Part shown: positions 38,680-48,847 of the stretch, one piece after another | Layout: each line of letters opens with the position of its first letter | Numbering within the stretch: position 1 is the stretch's first letter | Virus record (IMG/VR): IMGVR_UViG_3300009011_000002 | Location: 1 to 64,000 of that record | Direction: 5' to 3' (one strand) | Length of the DNA: 64,000 bases | Program-made: the position numbers and the translations under genes | The notes under the pieces: model-generated | What the model was told of the DNA's origin: nothing | Seen by the model: only the letters and a program-made list of their open reading frames with translations | The model's database searches: none

Positions 38680-39411
38680 TCAGAAGTCGTCGTCGAAGCC
38701 GCCGCTGTCGCCGGAGTCGAAGTCGTTGGACTGGCCACCGCCACCGCCACCGTTGTTACGGTTGTTGTAGCCACCGCCGCCACCGCCTTGTGGTTCACGC
38801 GGTTTCGGTGCTTCCCAGCCGTTCTCTTCCATCTGGTTCAGGATACGCTCGTGGAACTTGATGTACGCACGTACCGAGAAGCGGGACAGGATCGAGTGGT
38901 CTTCGACTGCGTTGCCGTCGGCGCCGCGGGTCATGATCACCATGTCGCGCGGACCGCTGAACACGAATACAGCTTTGTAGTCACCCTTGGTCCAGCCGAG
39001 GGTAATGAAACCGTTGGCTTCACGACGGATGGTCAGCTTGACTTGGACGATCGGGCTGTCCGACATTTTGCCGCCGCCTGGCTGATAAACGAACTGCTTC
39101 TTGCGGGGAACCACTTGACGCTCTACGAACTCCTTCGAGTTGGCTGCTTCCAGCAATGCCTCGAACAGCACGCCACGGTCGTGCCAGTCCATGTCGACTT
39201 CTTTGTGGGTGTTCTTGCCACCTTCCTTGAACACGCCATCGTTGACCTTGAGGACAATGGCGCCGTTGTTCTTCTGCTCCCACATCAGCTGGGCCGGGTA
39301 CTTGCCGCCTGCGAGAGGTTCAGCAGTAGCCGGCAGGGGCTGACGGTAGTCGTTCAGGATGTGTTTCTTGCGGGGGGTGATCGGAGCGCGATTGCCGTTC
39401 ATTCGAGACAT
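38680..39411 (-). CDS. chmC: nucleus-associated RNA-binding protein ChmC (phiKZ gp67-like)
   Basis: beta-rich body plus Gly/Asn-rich acidic tail GGGGGGYNNRNNGGGGGGQSNDFDSGDSGGFDDDF; immediately upstream of the sigma-like gene. Confidence 0.65.
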   Translation of the reverse strand: MSRMNGNRAPITPRKKHILNDYRQPLPATAEPLAGGKYPAQLMWEQKNNGAIVLKVNDGVFKEGGKNTHKEVDMDWHDRGVLFEALLEAANSKEFVERQVVPRKKQFVYQPGGGKMSDSPIVQVKLTIRREANGFITLGWTKGDYKAVFVFSGPRDMVIMTRGADGNAVEDHSILSRFSVRAYIKFHERILNQMEENGWEAPKPREPQGGGGGGYNNRNNGGGGGGQSNDFDSGDSGGFDDDF

Positions 39412-39470
39412 TCCTTGAAAAGTTTTATTCTGCCAATAGTAATAGGCACGTGAGTAAGAATACAGTTGGC

Positions 39471-39698
39471 TTATTTAGCCACATAATCCGGCATCGGCTT
39501 CTCGTCGAAGTGCGCCTCGATGGCAGCCTCCAACCAGTCGCGGTGACCTTGCTCGCCATGGGCGAGCTTAGCAAACAGCTCGGGGATCAATTCAACGAGT
39601 CTGATAACTTTATCAAAATCCTTGTAGTGGTACGTCGTGGATTCCATATCAGCTGCAAGTTCTCGCATACGCTGATTAAAAGGCTTAAGTTCAGACAT
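39471..39698 (-). CDS. hypothetical protein
   Basis: 75 aa, AAGGA RBS. Confidence 0.6.
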   Translation of the reverse strand: MSELKPFNQRMRELAADMESTTYHYKDFDKVIRLVELIPELFAKLAHGEQGHRDWLEAAIEAHFDEKPMPDYVAK

Positions 39699-39708
39699 GG
39701 TGGTTTCC

Positions 39709-40497
39709 TTACATCATCATGAGGAGCCCAGATCGATCCACACCCAAAGGTAAATTGTTAATCGAACCCCTTACTCTACCGACCGTAGAGGCTGACGTCC
39801 AGTGGTTCTCTTCAGCGATCTTCTTCACCAAACTCTTGATCTTCTCAGAGGACGACCGGAAGTTGGTGGACTTATCACCAAAGATCTGAAGGGTTAAACG
39901 GTTGAAGGGGATGTAATACAGCTCGTCCCCTCCGGTCAATTTGGTGTACCATTGGGTAAAGGGTTTGAGCACACCGGTGTACGACTCCAGCAAATGAAGC
40001 CGGGTGTAACCGGGGCACTCGGCCAGGTCAACCACATGGTTGGTCATGACCACACCTTTACCTTTAAAGTCGGGCATACCCACATTGGTCTTTTCAATCA
40101 GCTTGTCGTATTTGACAACCAGATTGTCAGCAACCTTGTCAGCCACAGCCTTCCATGCCTTTTGTTTGGCAGTCCTGGCTTCCCATAAAGTAGCGTGTGG
40201 GTATTTACCCTTGAGGCCTTTGTAGGTGGGGTAATACACCACCAGCTTCAACGGTTTGCCCCGGCGGGCTTCTTCAATCCACTTCGCCAAGGCAATCATG
40301 TCGGCTTCTACATCTTTCGTGAGTTGGTCTGCATCACCCTTCTCACGGTCTTCTGATTGGTAGGCGTCGCGTGCGTTACGGATCAATGTCCGCAGGTTAA
40401 ACAACACAACGTCTGCACTACGCACCCCCTGACCTCCACCGCCCTCGAGGGCCAGGGAGGTACCGGGGGACATTCCCAAGGTACCTACGGTGCGCAT
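39709..40497 (-). CDS. conserved protein, possible PIN/5'-nuclease-like fold (phiKZ gp66-like by synteny)
   Basis: 262 aa, GGAGG RBS, overlaps the sbcD-like gene; fold call tentative. Confidence 0.55.
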   Translation of the reverse strand: MRTVGTLGMSPGTSLALEGGGGQGVRSADVVLFNLRTLIRNARDAYQSEDREKGDADQLTKDVEADMIALAKWIEEARRGKPLKLVVYYPTYKGLKGKYPHATLWEARTAKQKAWKAVADKVADNLVVKYDKLIEKTNVGMPDFKGKGVVMTNHVVDLAECPGYTRLHLLESYTGVLKPFTQWYTKLTGGDELYYIPFNRLTLQIFGDKSTNFRSSSEKIKSLVKKIAEENHWTSASTVGRVRGSINNLPLGVDRSGLLMMM

Positions 40498-41615
40498 AAG
40501 AATTCCTCCAACACAGCGTATGCTTCTTCCATTGGAATACCGAGTGCTTTAAACTCTTCTTCCACTTCGGGGGTTAAAGAAGCCGCAAGGTTCTCACGGT
40601 TCAAGGTAACCCCTTCATATTCTTGTTGCTCGTAGATCTCGTCTTCGAGCAGGTGATCTTTGTTGGCTTCGTTATCAGTCATGAAGCCAATCATGGGGAA
40701 CTCCTTCGAGAGGACGTCCACCACAGGGTTTACAACTGTCGAAGTACCACCGCGTATTTTCAGCTGGCTGAACGGTGGCATCTTCTTGCTTCTAATGAAC
40801 TCCACGATCTTCGTCGCGAGAGCTCCTGGCTCGACGTCTGGCGTCGTTTCCATGGTGAGGTAGGGTAAGGCATTCTTGTTCTCGTAAAACTCCACCTCGC
40901 ACTTCTCAGAGGCCTTATCGAGCGTTACTACCAACCCACCCTTCGGATGTTCTTCACCGTGGGCTACACGGTCAAACGAACCGGAGGTGTGCAACTTACC
41001 TTTCTGAACCGGGGTGTGTATATGCCCCGCCAAGATGACATGCCGGGTAATCGTTTCCCACCGTTCCAGCAAATGGCCTTTGTGGCGTGCAGCAGAATGC
41101 AACTGGAAATCGAAACCACCATGGAGGGCGATGATATCCACCTGATCCATGTTGTTGTCTTTCAGCACCTTGAGTGCCAATTCCCAAATGGCATCCGTCG
41201 TCATGGTTCCCATGTTGTCCGGAACATACATGATTGACAGATTGTCCAACTTTTCGTACACATGGATGCACAGGGTATCCACGTAACGTACATCCATCCC
41301 CTTAGGTGCCACGCTGAGGAAGTGTTTCGGTTGCCCCCGGTCGTGAGAGGAAGTTCCCTCCAACCAAACAGCAATCATGTCCGGATTAGCCTCGTGGGCT
41401 TGGTCCAGGAACTCACTCCCCCAACGGAGTACACGCTGGGCGTCTGTGTTGGGGAAATCAACTTGGTCTTCCATGAAGTCCCCACCAAACAGGACCATGT
41501 CCGTTTTGGCAAGGTCATGATCAGTCACCAGGAACTTCGTCAGGTTACCCAAGATGTGTGGCGTGGGTGTCCGTTTGTGTAGCGTGTGCTGATCACTTGT
41601 CCAAAGAATCCGCAT
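40485..41615 (-). CDS. sbcD: SbcD/Mre11-like metallophosphoesterase nuclease
   Basis: TSDQH, GGDF, GTSSHD, LHG, AGHIH, GSFDR calcineurin-like motifs. Confidence 0.8.
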   Translation of the reverse strand: MRILWTSDQHTLHKRTPTPHILGNLTKFLVTDHDLAKTDMVLFGGDFMEDQVDFPNTDAQRVLRWGSEFLDQAHEANPDMIAVWLEGTSSHDRGQPKHFLSVAPKGMDVRYVDTLCIHVYEKLDNLSIMYVPDNMGTMTTDAIWELALKVLKDNNMDQVDIIALHGGFDFQLHSAARHKGHLLERWETITRHVILAGHIHTPVQKGKLHTSGSFDRVAHGEEHPKGGLVVTLDKASEKCEVEFYENKNALPYLTMETTPDVEPGALATKIVEFIRSKKMPPFSQLKIRGGTSTVVNPVVDVLSKEFPMIGFMTDNEANKDHLLEDEIYEQQEYEGVTLNRENLAASLTPEVEEEFKALGIPMEEAYAVLEEFLCAP

Positions 41616-41635
41616 TTATCTCCCCTTACAGTCCT

Positions 41636-42433
41636 TTAGCAATCCAGCGGATTATCCGGTGCTTCTTCCCGTGCGGCTTCGCCTTCTTTTGCAACGGCCG
41701 CAGGGGTGTCGTCGGTCAGGCCTTCAATCGAGAACTTGCCGCGCATCACTTCAGTGACGAAGGCTCGTTCTTCTTTGGTGATCTTCTCGCCCTTGTGGTG
41801 CTTGTACATGATCGGGCGGAGTCTGTCGTTGACGTCGGCCATTTTGATCGGGTCTTTTGGACCACGAACGACGTCCTTGATATAATAGATCTTCTGTTCA
41901 ACTTCAGGGATCACGCCGTGTTTCTCGAAGTACTCCGGCAAAATCATGTCGGTGTAGGTGATGCGCTTGGTGTCTGCCAGGCGCTCATTGATCTTCGAGG
42001 CGATCTGCATGTTCAGGTTCGGGTCGTTGCCGAACTGGGTGTCTGCAGACTTGTGGTGCATGTGCCAGCTGGCCGCACGCAGCAGACGGAAGTCGTCGTT
42101 GGTGAGGTTGTGAGAGATCAGCGGTTGGACCAGCAGCACCGGCTCGTGGTCGTCATTACAGACCAAAACAGCACGGGTGCCGTTGTTGGTCAGCGCGCAC
42201 CACTGTTCGACGTTGAAGTAGTTCACGCCGTGGTAGTTGCCGAGGGCGAATTGCATCAGCCACTTGGTGACGAACTCTTTCTCGTAGAAGACGTGACCGA
42301 TGTTGAAGGGGATCTCATCATCGCCCATCATCAGTTTGCCGTTGATTTCGTGGACCTTGATCTCGTTCAGGAAGCGGAAGTCTTCCATGATCATGTCTTT
42401 ACGGAGTTCACGCGACATGTGTTGTCCAGCCAT
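41636..42433 (-). CDS. conserved hypothetical protein
   Basis: 265 aa, TAATG-coupled, strong codon bias. Confidence 0.7.
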   Translation of the reverse strand: MAGQHMSRELRKDMIMEDFRFLNEIKVHEINGKLMMGDDEIPFNIGHVFYEKEFVTKWLMQFALGNYHGVNYFNVEQWCALTNNGTRAVLVCNDDHEPVLLVQPLISHNLTNDDFRLLRAASWHMHHKSADTQFGNDPNLNMQIASKINERLADTKRITYTDMILPEYFEKHGVIPEVEQKIYYIKDVVRGPKDPIKMADVNDRLRPIMYKHHKGEKITKEERAFVTEVMRGKFSIEGLTDDTPAAVAKEGEAAREEAPDNPLDC

Positions 42434-42837
42434 TATCCTAACCTCTTCTTGTCAAGTACACGGAACAGTTCGCCCGTTACGATTACAGTTTCAGCCAGAT
42501 CGTACCGCACCCCGTCAGACACCGCCTTGGCCGTAAGGATCAGGTGGTATTGAGACTTGCTGTTGTCTTGGTAGGCAATGTCTACTTCGACTTCAGACGT
42601 CGGGAACAGTTCTTTGATGTAGCTGTCGAATGCTTCTTTGGTGCGTTCAACCATCGTCTCTGGCGTTGTACCATACGTCGCCCAGAGATAATAAAAACTA
42701 GGGACATTCCCAAAGACCTTGCCTTGGTTAGCCCGGCTGGTAAACCAGTACATGAAATGCAGCGCCAACGCTTGCTGGGGAGACTTTACTTCCCACCCGT
42801 TAGCAGCTGACATGGTGCTCACACAAAACGTCGCCAT
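42433..42837 (-). CDS. conserved small protein, possibly T4 gp25-like fold
   Basis: ATG 42837; helix followed by alternating beta strands; fold call tentative. Confidence 0.5.
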   Translation of the reverse strand: MATFCVSTMSAANGWEVKSPQQALALHFMYWFTSRANQGKVFGNVPSFYYLWATYGTTPETMVERTKEAFDSYIKELFPTSEVEVDIAYQDNSKSQYHLILTAKAVSDGVRYDLAETVIVTGELFRVLDKKRLG

Positions 42838-42961
42838 ACCCTTTAATCCTTCGTGGTTAACTCCTATAGAAATCAAAAGGCGCCAAACAACGTAAGATGG
42901 CAAAAAAATAAAGGAACCTAGGGGGCCGTAGCCCCCTAAGTCTAAAATGCATCAGAGGCTG

Positions 42962-43594
42962 TTACTCAGCCTCGTCTGCACCTCCCCATTTCGCATTCTC
43001 CGCACTACTGATGTCAAACATCGATTTAGCGCGGTGGTAGTCGATCGCCGTAAAGGTTTTCTGGAGGTTGGAAATATCCCGCCACTCCAGCCGACCACCG
43101 ATGCTTTCTTGGTAATGCGTGTGCAGAAGACGACGTTGGTCTTCCTCACCGTCAAAACGCAGAACCCCGTCATGAGCTCTACGCCAGAAGATATTCTCTT
43201 CTGCTATCCCCGTACAACGTTGGTGGAAATCGCCACCATAACCCGACGCACGACCATCCAGGTAATCTTGTTGCATGCCTGGGTGAGCCATGATGAAGTC
43301 CCGCATATACCCTTGCGAGTTTTGTAGACCGTGTACTGTGCCGAGGTACCCGATCTCAAAGCGCGGAACGTACTCGCCGTCTTGCTGGTTGAGCAACCGC
43401 TTACCCAATTCCCAGGCACGGGAGTTGAGAAACGTATTGAAACTCTCCATGGCTTTATCGGCTTGTTGGGCTAACCAACCACCGGCCGACCGAAACATAG
43501 CCGCACCTTGGTTGACATACTCGGCATGGTTCTGCATCTGGGAATCAGTATAAGCTCCCGAAATTGCATAGCCGAATGCGTTTGCGCTGTTCAT
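42962..43594 (-). CDS. conserved protein following nvRNAP beta'-N (phiKZ gp59/Imp3-like by synteny)
   Basis: 210 aa, AGGTG RBS; hairpin terminator at ~42918-42939 downstream. Confidence 0.55.
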   Translation of the reverse strand: MNSANAFGYAISGAYTDSQMQNHAEYVNQGAAMFRSAGGWLAQQADKAMESFNTFLNSRAWELGKRLLNQQDGEYVPRFEIGYLGTVHGLQNSQGYMRDFIMAHPGMQQDYLDGRASGYGGDFHQRCTGIAEENIFWRRAHDGVLRFDGEEDQRRLLHTHYQESIGGRLEWRDISNLQKTFTAIDYHRAKSMFDISSAENAKWGGADEAE

Positions 43595-43604
43595 TGCACC
43601 TGCC

Positions 43605-45233
43605 TTACTCGATTAGCTCGGTTTGAGCCATGAGCGTGTTGAGGTTCATAAGGTTAGTGGCAGCCTGCCCGGCATAGTCACCCACCCTGAACGGAATGTT
43701 TTTGTCCAGCGTCTGGTGATGACCGAAGCCGCCGTACGCTCGAGCTTTGGACTCGTTATCGAAGACGAGCACGATGTATTCGTTATCGCCGTCGAAGTCA
43801 GCGTTCTGCTGCTTACATGCCAGAATCGGAATCTTGATACTTTCGTCTTCAAGGTCCCGGTTCACCTTCAGGAAGAAGCAACGCAAGGACAAGAATTCAA
43901 TCGATGGGTTTCGACCCGACTGAATCAAGCACTTACGGTTCTCTTCCATGTCACGGAAGAACTCGTCGATCAATGGATCGATGTGGTAAGCGGCTTTGTT
44001 GATCCGCGTACGCGCCTGGTAAGGCGTATGGCCACGACGATACAGGAACGACGTGATGTGGATCTCGAGCATTGCCAAGCACATCTTCCACGGTACCAAC
44101 AACTGGTCCGTATCGATAATACCGGTTTGCGACGTGATCACCGAACGACCGGTAAACGGCAGTGCACCAGAGCACACGTGTTTCCGGTTGATCGCAGGTT
44201 TGTTGAAGAGGGCCTTGGGATTGTTTACCTTACGGTATTGATCCGCCAGCGCCACCAAGTTCTTGCCTACAATCTCGACGTTCTTCTTCCGCTCTGCGTC
44301 GGACAGTTTCACCACACTGTTGGACTTCAGTGTGTCTGCGATGGCGATATACAGCTTCGCCGTAGCGGGTTGATGCGCGTAAGAATAGATCTCCTTGCCG
44401 GACTTTTCCAGCACCATGTTGTAACGGTCTGGCACCTTGATGTAATTACAGAACGCCAAGTGCCGGTTACGCAGGTAGAGCTCGTAATACTGCATCCCAT
44501 CTTGGTTGGGCTTGTTGAAGTACCGCCGACCATTACCCACCAAGATCCACTGCATGATACTGTCGCAATGCTCGTGGAAGGAGTTGAGGTCGATTTCTTC
44601 GATCCCCAGTTCTTCCAGCATCGTGGCAATGATCACACGGGTTGGGTTGGTCTGTTTCTTGACGACCTTCCGATAGACCGGGTCAATGAAGTACCGCGGA
44701 ATACAGACCTTCGGACTGCCGATCGACACGTTGTTGAAGAAGTTCGAGAAGAAACCAATGTTGACGAAAGCTCGAACACCCTCAGGGACCCGCAACCACA
44801 GGTTCGTGTCTTCCCCTTTATCGAGGAACAACTCAGCCTTGTTCCCACACATGGGACAGACCTTGTTACTCCCGATCAAGTAGTTACCCCGCATCTTGGG
44901 GTTACCGCAACCACAACTCGCCACGGTGTCGAACGAATTGCCTTGGAACTCCATCCGGGTAAGGCGGATCAGTTCTTCCCGATCCTCTTCCAGGTTGAAG
45001 TCAAAGTTGTTCAGGTAGACTGGAGTATGGCGACTGGTATCGTGTTGGTAGTCGTAGTCCTCGTAATCCATGTACAACGGACGCGAGTACTTGGGATCAT
45101 CTTCCAACGAACCGCCGAACGCTTTGGCGTACTGTCGAAAATAAGGAAGGGGATCCAGATTCTCAGCACTCAGCTTGCCGGTTAGCGCTTTAATGGCTAA
45201 TTCGTTTGAAGGAGTCAGGTCAGGTAAGTACAT
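43605..45233 (-). CDS. non-virion RNA polymerase beta' N-terminal catalytic subunit (phiKZ gp55-56.1-like, uninterrupted)
   Basis: catalytic NADFDGD, Zn finger CGC...CPMC, TGRSVI, GRNPSI; ATG 45233 with GGAG RBS. Confidence 0.9.
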   Translation of the reverse strand: MYLPDLTPSNELAIKALTGKLSAENLDPLPYFRQYAKAFGGSLEDDPKYSRPLYMDYEDYDYQHDTSRHTPVYLNNFDFNLEEDREELIRLTRMEFQGNSFDTVASCGCGNPKMRGNYLIGSNKVCPMCGNKAELFLDKGEDTNLWLRVPEGVRAFVNIGFFSNFFNNVSIGSPKVCIPRYFIDPVYRKVVKKQTNPTRVIIATMLEELGIEEIDLNSFHEHCDSIMQWILVGNGRRYFNKPNQDGMQYYELYLRNRHLAFCNYIKVPDRYNMVLEKSGKEIYSYAHQPATAKLYIAIADTLKSNSVVKLSDAERKKNVEIVGKNLVALADQYRKVNNPKALFNKPAINRKHVCSGALPFTGRSVITSQTGIIDTDQLLVPWKMCLAMLEIHITSFLYRRGHTPYQARTRINKAAYHIDPLIDEFFRDMEENRKCLIQSGRNPSIEFLSLRCFFLKVNRDLEDESIKIPILACKQQNADFDGDNEYIVLVFDNESKARAYGGFGHHQTLDKNIPFRVGDYAGQAATNLMNLNTLMAQTELIE

Positions 45234-45261
45234 ACCAAACTCCAAAAGTGAAAAAAGAAAT

Positions 45262-45293
45262 AAAGAGCAGGGAGGCGAACCTCCCCACTCTTT
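45262..45293 (-). terminator. intrinsic terminator after chimallin (UUCG loop)
   Basis: GGGAGG-TTCG-CCTCCC hairpin followed by a T-rich run on the minus strand. Confidence 0.75.
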
Positions 45294-45318
45294 TAGTCAA
45301 ACTACCGCAGGCCGAACC

Positions 45319-47358
45319 TTACAGGAACGGAACGCCCATGTTGTAGCCCATGCCCAGGTTGGCGCCGGTTGGGTTGTTGGAGCCGGCGGCTGCCATGGTG
45401 GCCAGACCGACACCTGGAGCGAACACCAAGCCAGTGGTACGGAACGAACCGATGTTGTTCGCGACGTTCAGCTGACCGATGCCGTCCATTGCTTCACCCA
45501 GGGCAGCCATGAAGCCAGGAGCCCAGATGTGCGGCTGAGCGAAACCGTTGATGTGGACGGCGCCGTCGAAGATCGACGAGTGCAGTTCCACGCGCAGTTT
45601 CTGGCAACGCTGCTTGAAATCTTCCTGAGGGTTGGAACCGTAGATGGTGCTCAGGTAGCTTTCGATGGCAGGCAGGCCGTTCTTGCCCTTGATGTTCGAG
45701 ATCATCATCTCGTCCAGTTCTTGGGTGTTCAGCTTCTTGCCAGCAGCTTCGGCCAGGCCGTTGACCGCGATCATACCGGTAGGCATGAGCACTGGGTCTT
45801 TCGGGGTCCAGCCGTTCTTGCCCGGCTCGGCGTTGCGAGCGATGATGGCCGACATCTTGTTGTTGGTCATGGCGTCGATGATGGCAACGACGGTCTTGAC
45901 CTGCGCAGCGTTGTCCTTCTTCGCCAGCAGCAGCAGGAAGTTGTGGATGGACGCGTGCGGACCGGATTGCAGCAGGTTGACCTGGAAGGTCGCGTGCGGC
46001 GAAACGTTCTGACGGATCCACTGGTTGACCAGATCGGTGTCGCTGATCTTCTTGTCGTCCAGCACGATGCGCTGAGCTTGCAGGCCGCCAGGCACCTGGG
46101 TGAGCAGGTGTTGCAGACGGATTTCCATGGCGGACAGGTTGCCACGCGAACCGACGCTGTGCTTACGCAGGGCTTCCGACCACACGAAGTTGGCGTTGGT
46201 TGCCATCAGCAGGTACAGGGCGTAGAAGTACGGGTACAGGCCGCCGTTGTAGCCCAGCATTTCACCAGCTTGCACGGCGTCCATGGTGATCACTGGACGC
46301 AGCGGGCGGTAGCCGTTGGCGTAGACCGCTTGACCCATACCGGCACCCAGGAACGCTTGCAGCTGTGCGATCTTTTCCGGGGACTGGTGGGACATGTAGA
46401 AGCGGCTGTACTCTTCCCAGCTCACGCCGTTCAGGCTGACGGTCGCTTGCACGCGAGCGATCTCTTTCGAGTTGCCCTGGTAAGCGTTGTTGCCCGACTG
46501 GTTGTTGTTGATGGTGGAAGCGATCACTTCCATGTTCGCGGCGGTCAGGGTCTTGCCCTTGGTGACGCGACCGGAGATCGCGGTAACACGAGCTTCGGCG
46601 CAACCGTCTTTGCCGTAAGGCTGCTGCGGGTTCTGGAACGGGTTCGGGGTTTTCATGTTCGCCGCAGCGGCGATTTCCTGGACCGACTTGACCAGCAGTG
46701 CTTCGTCCCATTCCGACGCCAGGAAGTTGGCGACGTTACGCGGCCATTCCTTGGTGTCGCCCGCTTCCGGGTGGTGCAGCATGTCCATGTCCTGGACGAG
46801 CATGTTGATGACGGCCACGTTCTTGATGCCCTGGGTTTCCGCTTCGCGCTGGTAGTGCGATTTCAGGGCTTCGTAGAACTGCTGGTTGGTGTACTGCACC
46901 GGCGACAGTGGAATCGAAACCTGGGACTGACCGAAGCCGCCTGGGTTGTTGATGGTGATGCGCTCGGAGCTGATGTTCAGTTCACCGGTGGAGAACAGCG
47001 TGGCCATCACGTACAGGGTGTCGCCGATCTTGCAGCTGAAGCCCAGGCCCGGCAGCGTCGCGGAGATCGAGCTGGTCAGGGTTTTCAGATCCGGGATGGT
47101 TTTGCGCTGCAGTTCGTTGGTGGTGGAAGTTTTCAGGCGCTCGTAGATCTCGGTGAGTTCCTTGAGTACGTCGCCGACGATGTTCAGGTTGCGGCTGTCC
47201 GAGGTCATCGATGCCAGGGAGAACAAACCCGCCAGACCGCTTTGGACGGTACCAGCAGTGAAAGCCGCGTTGGAGGCAGGAGCTTCACCGCCAGCTTGGG
47301 CGTTCGCTTTGTTGGTGTCTTCGCCCCAGGAAGGGTTGTAATCGCTGTTCAGGCTCAT
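45319..47358 (-). CDS. chmA: chimallin, phage nuclear shell protein (phiKZ gp54-like)
   Basis: 679 aa, very strong codon bias, own early promoter and terminator, directly upstream of nvRNAP beta'-N, extended low-complexity termini. Confidence 0.8.
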   Translation of the reverse strand: MSLNSDYNPSWGEDTNKANAQAGGEAPASNAAFTAGTVQSGLAGLFSLASMTSDSRNLNIVGDVLKELTEIYERLKTSTTNELQRKTIPDLKTLTSSISATLPGLGFSCKIGDTLYVMATLFSTGELNISSERITINNPGGFGQSQVSIPLSPVQYTNQQFYEALKSHYQREAETQGIKNVAVINMLVQDMDMLHHPEAGDTKEWPRNVANFLASEWDEALLVKSVQEIAAAANMKTPNPFQNPQQPYGKDGCAEARVTAISGRVTKGKTLTAANMEVIASTINNNQSGNNAYQGNSKEIARVQATVSLNGVSWEEYSRFYMSHQSPEKIAQLQAFLGAGMGQAVYANGYRPLRPVITMDAVQAGEMLGYNGGLYPYFYALYLLMATNANFVWSEALRKHSVGSRGNLSAMEIRLQHLLTQVPGGLQAQRIVLDDKKISDTDLVNQWIRQNVSPHATFQVNLLQSGPHASIHNFLLLLAKKDNAAQVKTVVAIIDAMTNNKMSAIIARNAEPGKNGWTPKDPVLMPTGMIAVNGLAEAAGKKLNTQELDEMMISNIKGKNGLPAIESYLSTIYGSNPQEDFKQRCQKLRVELHSSIFDGAVHINGFAQPHIWAPGFMAALGEAMDGIGQLNVANNIGSFRTTGLVFAPGVGLATMAAAGSNNPTGANLGMGYNMGVPFL

Positions 47359-47445
47359 GAGTAGTTTCCTTGTTACTGAGATAGGTTTGCTTAAGCAGAA
47401 CCGCTTTTTACCAATTGTTAAACATCAGTAGTAGCGATCAGACAA

Positions 47446-47463
47446 GTGATATAGGTTCCAAAT
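47446..47463 (-). promoter_or_regulatory. early-type promoter ATTTGGAACCTATATCAC (second core CCTATATCAT at 47487-47496)
   Basis: copy of the conserved motif upstream of chmA. Confidence 0.7.
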
Positions 47464-47605
47464 TTTCTTACCCACCCCCGTAAAGGATGATATAGGCAAG
47501 GGTTAGAACCCCATCACAAATTTCTAAATTGCGCACTGGTCTCACCCGGGAAACTTCCCAGGCTCATCAGTGTGTATAAGATAGTAATGTATTGGAAAAT
47601 TACTT

Positions 47606-48706
47606 ATGCTCACACTCACCTTACCAGATGACGACCAGACGCATTATCCCCGAAGTAACTTCATCGGGATGGACAATCTGCTGCGAATCACCGAACTCAA
47701 CAGAAGGGATTTCCGTGAGGTGGTAACTCGAGACATCTTTGTCCTCGAGGATGAACACGTCTTGGTAGGTCTGTTGCGCATGATGACCATTGACCCCGAA
47801 TGGCCTTTGGAACAAGTTGTCGCGCAAGCACGCTTCCGTGCTAATTCATTGTGTTCGCTGTTTAAGATTACTTGCATCAACCGCGTAGGTGATCCCATCG
47901 AGAATGGTTTCTACCGAAACGGAACCGTAGAACAGTGGACCCTGATCGACAACAACAAGCGTTACGTGGAAGGTGTCGTTGATCTGGATACAATGAGACC
48001 CGTAGTTCCTTTATACAGCACAGTCACGAAACGCGGCTATAAGCACAGTATACTCCAGCCTGTGTTAAAACAAAAGGGTCCTGACTTCGCCATCATGGGG
48101 ATCGACCCGGTAGAGCTCGCAGTAGGCTGGTGGCGCTACATGCAATACACCACCGGTAAGAACGAAGGGATCTCGGCGTATCTCTGCCAGCACCCGCTGT
48201 TCGTGGCTCAGCTGATGCACAACCAACTCAGCCTCATCAACATCATGTACGAGTTCCTGACCAAGGAGAAATCCTTCGACCAAATTGTGGAGACGGACGT
48301 AGTATCGTTTACCACCATGAACGAAGAGAAACTCCTCAAGGAATACCTGACCCATATTCTCAACGATATGACAGGTCCTCGGCTGAAGAGTTTCAATCAC
48401 CTCATCAGTAAGTTCGGCAGTGTCTACCGGCGGTCACAGTTCAATTACTACACCGGTGGCCGCATGCAGTTGTTCAACCAGACCCGTTGGAGCTGGGAGC
48501 CTGCTGCGTTGAAACTGTTGGCGGTGTACCTCTCTGTGGCTAACCGGATGGGCTACCGTGCGTCGGATGTCAATAACGACATCACGCGTGCAGCAAACTC
48601 CATGCGGAAAAACTACGGCCGGATTGCGGATTCCTTCTCGAGGAAACATATTCTCGAATTGTTGGCGGAAGTCGAAATCTTGAACAAAGAGAACATGAAA
48701 TACTAA
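47606..48706 (+). CDS. conserved hypothetical protein (phiKZ gp52-like by synteny)
   Basis: 366 aa, divergent from chmA. Confidence 0.65.
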   Translation: MLTLTLPDDDQTHYPRSNFIGMDNLLRITELNRRDFREVVTRDIFVLEDEHVLVGLLRMMTIDPEWPLEQVVAQARFRANSLCSLFKITCINRVGDPIENGFYRNGTVEQWTLIDNNKRYVEGVVDLDTMRPVVPLYSTVTKRGYKHSILQPVLKQKGPDFAIMGIDPVELAVGWWRYMQYTTGKNEGISAYLCQHPLFVAQLMHNQLSLINIMYEFLTKEKSFDQIVETDVVSFTTMNEEKLLKEYLTHILNDMTGPRLKSFNHLISKFGSVYRRSQFNYYTGGRMQLFNQTRWSWEPAALKLLAVYLSVANRMGYRASDVNNDITRAANSMRKNYGRIADSFSRKHILELLAEVEILNKENMKY

Positions 48707-48797
48707 AAACCATCTTGTAGGAGAACACTTCATCGGAAAAACCGGTGAGAATTTCTCCTACCTGTTTGATTTTTAAATTGAATCAAAAATAAATAAG

Positions 48798-48835
48798 AGT
48801 ACTACTCTGGGAGCAGCTGCTCCCAGAGTAGTACT
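48798..48835. repeat. perfect 38-bp palindrome / bidirectional terminator
   Basis: AGTACTACTCTGGGAGCAG|CTGCTCCCAGAGTAGTACT. Confidence 0.8.
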
Positions 48836-48847
48836 TATGGCTGCCAC

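Noticed and set aside
38680-39411. Classical SSB based on the Gly-rich, DDDF-ending tail
   Set aside because: No recognisable OB-fold motifs; synteny and G/N tail fit ChmC better, though the acidic tip may mimic SSB
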